Assembly: GCA_964443495.1 (NCBI GenBank)
Contig: CAYUCS010000001.1
Coordinates: forward strand, 405,496 to 469,495
Length of the DNA: 64,000 bases
Direction: 5' to 3'
Origin: an uncultured Gammaproteobacteria bacterium
GTDB taxonomy: Bacteria > Patescibacteriota > Patescibacteriia > Patescibacteriales > GWE2-39-37
Below are positions 60,520 through 64,000 of the stretch, one piece after another. Position 1 is the first letter of the stretch, and each line of letters begins with the position of its first letter. The position numbers and the translations under genes are program-made. The notes under the pieces were generated by a model that had not been told where the DNA came from, made no database searches, and worked only from the letters and a program-made list of their open reading frames with translations.

Positions 60520-61967
60520 CGTTTTGCGTAAGGCGTCGGATCCGTCAACGTAAGGGGAAAATTGAAGGGTATGTCGGTCCGTTTAGCCAAGTTGTCCAGC
60601 GGCAATGGCGTTGGCGCGAACATGCCTGATTCGTTCAAGGTTCTGATGAAGGCGTTCAGGTCGCCGCGGGTCTTGGCAGTGCCGATAAGCCCGATCGGCT
60701 GATTGGTCGTGGCAATCGCAAGGGAAGAGATGGTGATGCCTTGCGGAATGATTTTCTCTATGTCGCTCACAAGGCGGCTGTAGTCAGTCTGCTCTTGGAT
60801 CATGGCGTCGGTCTGGGTTAAGGCTTGGTTAAGCTCCCTGGCACGGTTTTGCATCTCGAATACGCTGTCGCGGCCGGCTTGGCCGGCATACGTCTCGACC
60901 TGCTGCCCGGTGATGGCCTGCAGGCGGTTCATCAGCATCCAGGCACCGAAGAAGACCGCTATGAAAAATACCGACAACGCGGCTGTAAGCTTGGTTAGGA
61001 ACGATATGAATGAAATAGCCTTCTGATGCTCGTAGATGTCTTCGGTGCCGAGAGCCATCAGGCTGACCTGCTTGTCATTTTCTCGTGGCACCAGCCCTCT
61101 TTGGGCGGCCCCGATAGCAGCGGCCCATTCCGGGGCAGCTGTGAGCTGCTCCGCTCCGATGATCGATGAAAGGGTGATGGCGGTGTTTTGCAAGCCGGTC
61201 TTGTAGCTTTCAGCGGCGTCGCCGATGACAGCCAGTTGCTTGACATCATAGCGTTCGGTTCGGGCATAGTCGGCAAAATGCTTGATTGCGGATTCGATTC
61301 CCGCCTTATTCCTTGAAGCTTCCGGCTCAGAATACGACGTGACCGGGGTGCCGTTGTCGACCAGCGAAACCGTGAAGCCATGTTGGCCGATGTCGGCCAG
61401 GATGTAGGCTTGATCAACCTGTCCTGACAAGAAACGGCTGGCCGAAAGCTGATGGAATTCGACAGCTACCAGTTCGATGCCAGCTCTGGCAAAGAGCGCT
61501 ATGATATTATCGATTTTGTCTTTGGCTGTGGCCACGACCAGGACTCGTCGCTTGGCCGAGCCATCCTGCTTGGGCAGCGGCTGCCAGTCGTAGTATGACT
61601 GTTCCGGCGGCAACGGCAACTGGAAATGCGCCATCAGATCGATCGATTCCTCGATCTTGTATTCTTCAAGGTCGGCAGGGAACTCGATAATCTTGTAGTA
61701 AAGGAAGTCCGAAGGCAGAGTAAGGATGGCCAATTGGGTCAGCTTGCGGGTTTTTGCCGCCAGATTGGCGATACTCTGCGCCAGCCCGTCAGGATTGTTT
61801 ATCTTGCTGCCGGCAAGATCGCCCTGGGCAAGCGGTTCAAGCAGCGCCCGGTTGAGCGCTACGGATGATTTTTTGCCTTGCTTAAGCAAAACGAAACGCA
61901 AAGCCGCATCCGAAAGTTCGATACCGGCGATGGGTTCAGGCTTGATTAGGATATTGGGCCAATGCAT
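60516..61967 (-). CDS. PilM-PilN fusion (actin-like ATPase fold, TM helix, PilN-like region)
   Basis: 483 aa. The N-terminal ~320 aa have PilM-like blocks (IAGIELSDAALRFVLL, LTLPSDFLYYKIIEFP, ILADIGQHGFTVSLV), followed by TM helix LSVFFIAVFFGAWMLM and a coiled coil. Confidence 0.55.
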   Translation of the reverse strand: MHWPNILIKPEPIAGIELSDAALRFVLLKQGKKSSVALNRALLEPLAQGDLAGSKINNPDGLAQSIANLAAKTRKLTQLAILTLPSDFLYYKIIEFPADLEEYKIEESIDLMAHFQLPLPPEQSYYDWQPLPKQDGSAKRRVLVVATAKDKIDNIIALFARAGIELVAVEFHQLSASRFLSGQVDQAYILADIGQHGFTVSLVDNGTPVTSYSEPEASRNKAGIESAIKHFADYARTERYDVKQLAVIGDAAESYKTGLQNTAITLSSIIGAEQLTAAPEWAAAIGAAQRGLVPRENDKQVSLMALGTEDIYEHQKAISFISFLTKLTAALSVFFIAVFFGAWMLMNRLQAITGQQVETYAGQAGRDSVFEMQNRARELNQALTQTDAMIQEQTDYSRLVSDIEKIIPQGITISSLAIATTNQPIGLIGTAKTRGDLNAFIRTLNESGMFAPTPLPLDNLAKRTDIPFNFPLTLTDPTPYAKR

Positions 61968-61994
61968 TGATTGCTGATTGTGAATAGTTATTAT

Positions 61995-62003
61995 ATTATA
62001 CCA
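61995..62003 (-). promoter_or_regulatory. Extended -10 TGGTATAAT (minus strand) for the pilM/N-pilO unit
   Basis: The reverse complement of 61995-62003 reads TGGTATAAT, about 28 nt upstream of the pilM/N ATG. Confidence 0.45.
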
Positions 62004-62037
62004 TAAAAATAACCGATCGTGCTAGAATCGGTTATTT
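62003..62037 (-). terminator. Terminator-like hairpin (minus strand) after the DUF212 gene
   Basis: AAATAACCGAT, a 9-nt loop, then ATCGGTTATTT: an 11-bp stem with a U-rich 3' side on the minus strand. Confidence 0.5.
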
Positions 62038-62046
62038 CGAATAAAT

Positions 62047-62056
62047 GTGGTATAAT
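62047..62056 (+). promoter_or_regulatory. Consensus-looking extended -10 (TGTGGTATAAT) on the plus strand, pointing antisense into the DUF212 gene
   Basis: Same TGGTATAAT form as the other operon promoters in the window, but no plus-strand gene starts until uppP at 62511. Confidence 0.3.
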
Positions 62057-62061
62057 TACGC

Positions 62062-62496
62062 CTAGGCGACAAGGTAGTGGCTCAGCAAGCTGACCGATAG
62101 TCCGATCAAGCTGCCGACAGCCACCTGGGCCGGGGTGTGGCCGATTTTTTCCAAGAGTTCGGGATATTTGTAATCCAGCACCTTGTCGTCTTTCAGGTCC
62201 TTGACTAAGATGTTCAATACTTTGCCATGTTGGCCGAGATACCGCCTGATGCCGACCGCATCTCGGAGTACCAGGATCGTCAAGACGACGCAAACGGCGA
62301 AAAGGGGATCTTGGATGCCGAGTTCGAGTCCGACAGTGGTCATGAGGGAGACCATCAGGGCGGAATGACCAGAGGGCATGCCTGAGTAGGCTACCATGTT
62401 GGTGACGCCGGCCTTGAGGTGGTTGGCGCTGATGAAAAATTTGGACGCTTGGGCGATAGCTGCTGCGACCAATGGGGTGAGCAGGATTTGATACAT
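62062..62496 (-). CDS. Divergent PAP2-family protein (DUF212, acid phosphatase/vanadium haloperoxidase-related)
   Basis: 144 aa with AAAIAQASKF and SGMPSGHSALMVSL motifs. Confidence 0.8.
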   Translation of the reverse strand: MYQILLTPLVAAAIAQASKFFISANHLKAGVTNMVAYSGMPSGHSALMVSLMTTVGLELGIQDPLFAVCVVLTILVLRDAVGIRRYLGQHGKVLNILVKDLKDDKVLDYKYPELLEKIGHTPAQVAVGSLIGLSVSLLSHYLVA

Positions 62497-62510
62497 AATA
62501 ATTATTTTAT

Positions 62511-63329
62511 ATGGAATATTTTAGCGCGATTATTTTCGGCGTGGTCCAGGGAGTGACGGAGTTCTTGCCAGTCTCAAGCTCCGGCCACCTCTTGATCCTT
62601 CATCGACTGCTGGTTTTGCCGGTGCAAGACGAAATCGCCTTCGATGTGGCTTTGCACCTGGCTACGTTCGTGGCGGTGTTGTGGTTCTTTCGCAAGGATG
62701 TAGCTTCCTTGGCCTGGCGCTGGCTGCGAAGCTTCCGTTATTTGCCGGGCAGCCTGACCGACCTGAGCTGGTTGATCATTTTCGCCACCATTCCCGCCGG
62801 TTTGGCCGGGGTGCTTTGGGAGGATACGATAGAAACGACTTTTCGCTCGCCTTTGCTGGTCGCGTTCATGCTGGTATTGGTGGGCGTCCTATTCATCGTG
62901 GTCGAACGCGTGGGCAAGCAATCGCAGGAACTGAGCCAGCTTACCTTCCGGCAAGCCATGATAATCGGACTATCGCAGGCAATCGCCCTTATTCCCGGGA
63001 CATCGAGAAGCGGTATTACCACTATATCAGGAATGGGCTTGAATTTGAAGAGAACCGCCGCGATACGTTTCTCCTTCCTCCTTTCTTTGCCGATTATCGC
63101 GGGCGCTGCCATCAAGAAGATTCCTTATCTTTTCGAGGCGGACTTGCAGCCGCATGAGTGGGCCGTTACGGGCTTGGCCTTCGCTGCCGCTGCCGCTTCC
63201 GGGTGGCTGGCCATCGCCGTACTCCTGCGCTTTACCCAGAAGCATAGCTTGCGCGCCTTCGCTTATTATCGTTTTGCCTTGGCCTTTGTCATTTTGGCCC
63301 TGATTATGCTATCGAATGTCTTTAATTAG
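62511..63329 (+). CDS. uppP: Undecaprenyl-diphosphate phosphatase
   Basis: GVVQGVTEFLPVSSSGHL and PGTSRSGITI-type (PGTSRSGITT) motifs. Confidence 0.95.
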   Translation: MEYFSAIIFGVVQGVTEFLPVSSSGHLLILHRLLVLPVQDEIAFDVALHLATFVAVLWFFRKDVASLAWRWLRSFRYLPGSLTDLSWLIIFATIPAGLAGVLWEDTIETTFRSPLLVAFMLVLVGVLFIVVERVGKQSQELSQLTFRQAMIIGLSQAIALIPGTSRSGITTISGMGLNLKRTAAIRFSFLLSLPIIAGAAIKKIPYLFEADLQPHEWAVTGLAFAAAAASGWLAIAVLLRFTQKHSLRAFAYYRFALAFVILALIMLSNVFN

Positions 63330-63942
63330 CCGCTTAATCGAAGACGATACTTTGCGCAGCCCGGCGATAATCGCGGCGATGCGAAAGATCCGGCGTGAGG
63401 ATTTTTTGCCCGCAGCGAACAGGCACATGGCTGAAATAGACCAGGCACTGCCCATCGGCTTCAATCAGACGAACTCCCAGCCCACGACGGTTGCCATCAT
63501 GCTCGAGCTTCTGCAACCAGCTCCGGGCGACCGGGTGCTGGACGTCGGCAGCGGTTCGGGTTGGACCGCCGCTTTGCTGGCGGAATTGGCCAAGCCTGGC
63601 CGAGTTCTGGGCGTGGAAATCATCCCGGAGTTAGCCAGAACAGCCCAGGAAAACGTCTCGAAATATCATTCGGAAGAAAGCGTTCGGATAATATGCGCCG
63701 ACGTCAACTCCGGTTTGCCCGAAGGTGCTGTTTTTGATAAGATTATGATAGCGGCAGCCGCGCCGGAGGTGCCGGCGGCCATATTGGACCGCCTTGCGCC
63801 GAACGGCTGGCTGGTAGCGCCAGTCGGCCGCATCGATGCCGACCAGGACCTTGTCCTGATCGAAAAGAAACTTGATGGTACCTATGCTGAACGGCGTTGG
63901 CCGGGCTTCCGTTTCGTACCGCTAATAAATCCAAAATCATGA
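63316..63942 (+). CDS. pcm: Protein-L-isoaspartate O-methyltransferase
   Basis: RREDFLP, the SAM-binding motif VLDVGSGSGWTAALLAEL, and LVAPVG. Confidence 0.85.
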   Translation: MSLISRLIEDDTLRSPAIIAAMRKIRREDFLPAANRHMAEIDQALPIGFNQTNSQPTTVAIMLELLQPAPGDRVLDVGSGSGWTAALLAELAKPGRVLGVEIIPELARTAQENVSKYHSEESVRIICADVNSGLPEGAVFDKIMIAAAAPEVPAAILDRLAPNGWLVAPVGRIDADQDLVLIEKKLDGTYAERRWPGFRFVPLINPKS

Positions 63943-64000
63943 AATTAATCATCCTCGCCGGCGGTTCAGGCACGCGCCTGTGGCCGCTTTCAAAAAAGAA
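63939..64000 (+). CDS. 5' end of a sugar-phosphate nucleotidyltransferase (ManC/RmlA-type), truncated by the window edge
   Basis: MKLIILAGGSGTRLWPLSKK. ATGA overlap with the pcm stop. Confidence 0.6.
   Translation, partial: MKLIILAGGSGTRLWPLSKK

Noticed and set aside
1-64000. Looked for rRNA genes, transposases, integrases, toxin-antitoxin pairs, restriction-modification or other defence systems, and CRISPR-Cas.
   Set aside because: No translations with the corresponding hallmark motifs and no short regularly spaced repeats were seen. Their absence in this window says nothing about the rest of the genome.

Overview
This 64-kb window has roughly 50% GC by eye and is densely coding, mostly on the + strand. 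The gene content looks like a small-genome, fermentative, episymbiont-type bacterium (Candidate Phyla Radiation / Patescibacteria-like); that assignment is inference from content only.

Supported content:
- **Lower glycolysis genes:** gap, pgk, eno and two tandem gpmI paralogs.
- **Hydrogenase operon (1653-8075):** tightly coupled. It interleaves a NuoF-like flavoprotein, an [FeFe]-hydrogenase, [NiFe]-hydrogenase small and large subunits, two unknown membrane proteins, and an inverted-repeat-flanked cassette carrying a four-helix-bundle gene of the 23S-rRNA-intervening-sequence type. A convergent maturation protease follows.
- **Housekeeping genes:** cca, cyclophilin, uppS, rarA, a DHDPS-family aldolase, malic enzyme, a VanZ-QueH fusion, mutM, uppP and pcm.
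- **tRNA locus:** one tRNA-Pro(CGG), preceded by a decayed copy of itself that is interrupted by a perfect 20-bp palindrome. The same palindrome recurs at 17.8 kb.
- **Two large secreted proteins (31.9-37.1 kb):** one has an abrupt intragenic codon-usage switch; the other is an array of thrombospondin-type-3-like Ca-binding repeats.
- **Signalling block (38.0-45.5 kb):** a 4xPAS protein, a solute-binding protein, a HAMP protein, DoxX, a histidine kinase and two CheY-like receivers.
- **Type IV pilus cluster (45.6-62.0 kb), directly downstream of the signalling block:** a major pilin, PilB, PilC, four further pilin-like genes, a convergent PilM/N-PilO unit, a class-A beta-lactamase-like hydrolase, and an 1825-aa surface protein containing a base-perfect 1.56-kb in-frame tandem duplication.

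No CRISPR array, rRNA gene, transposase or integrase was seen. All calls come from motif reading of the supplied translations and the raw sequence; no database search was run.
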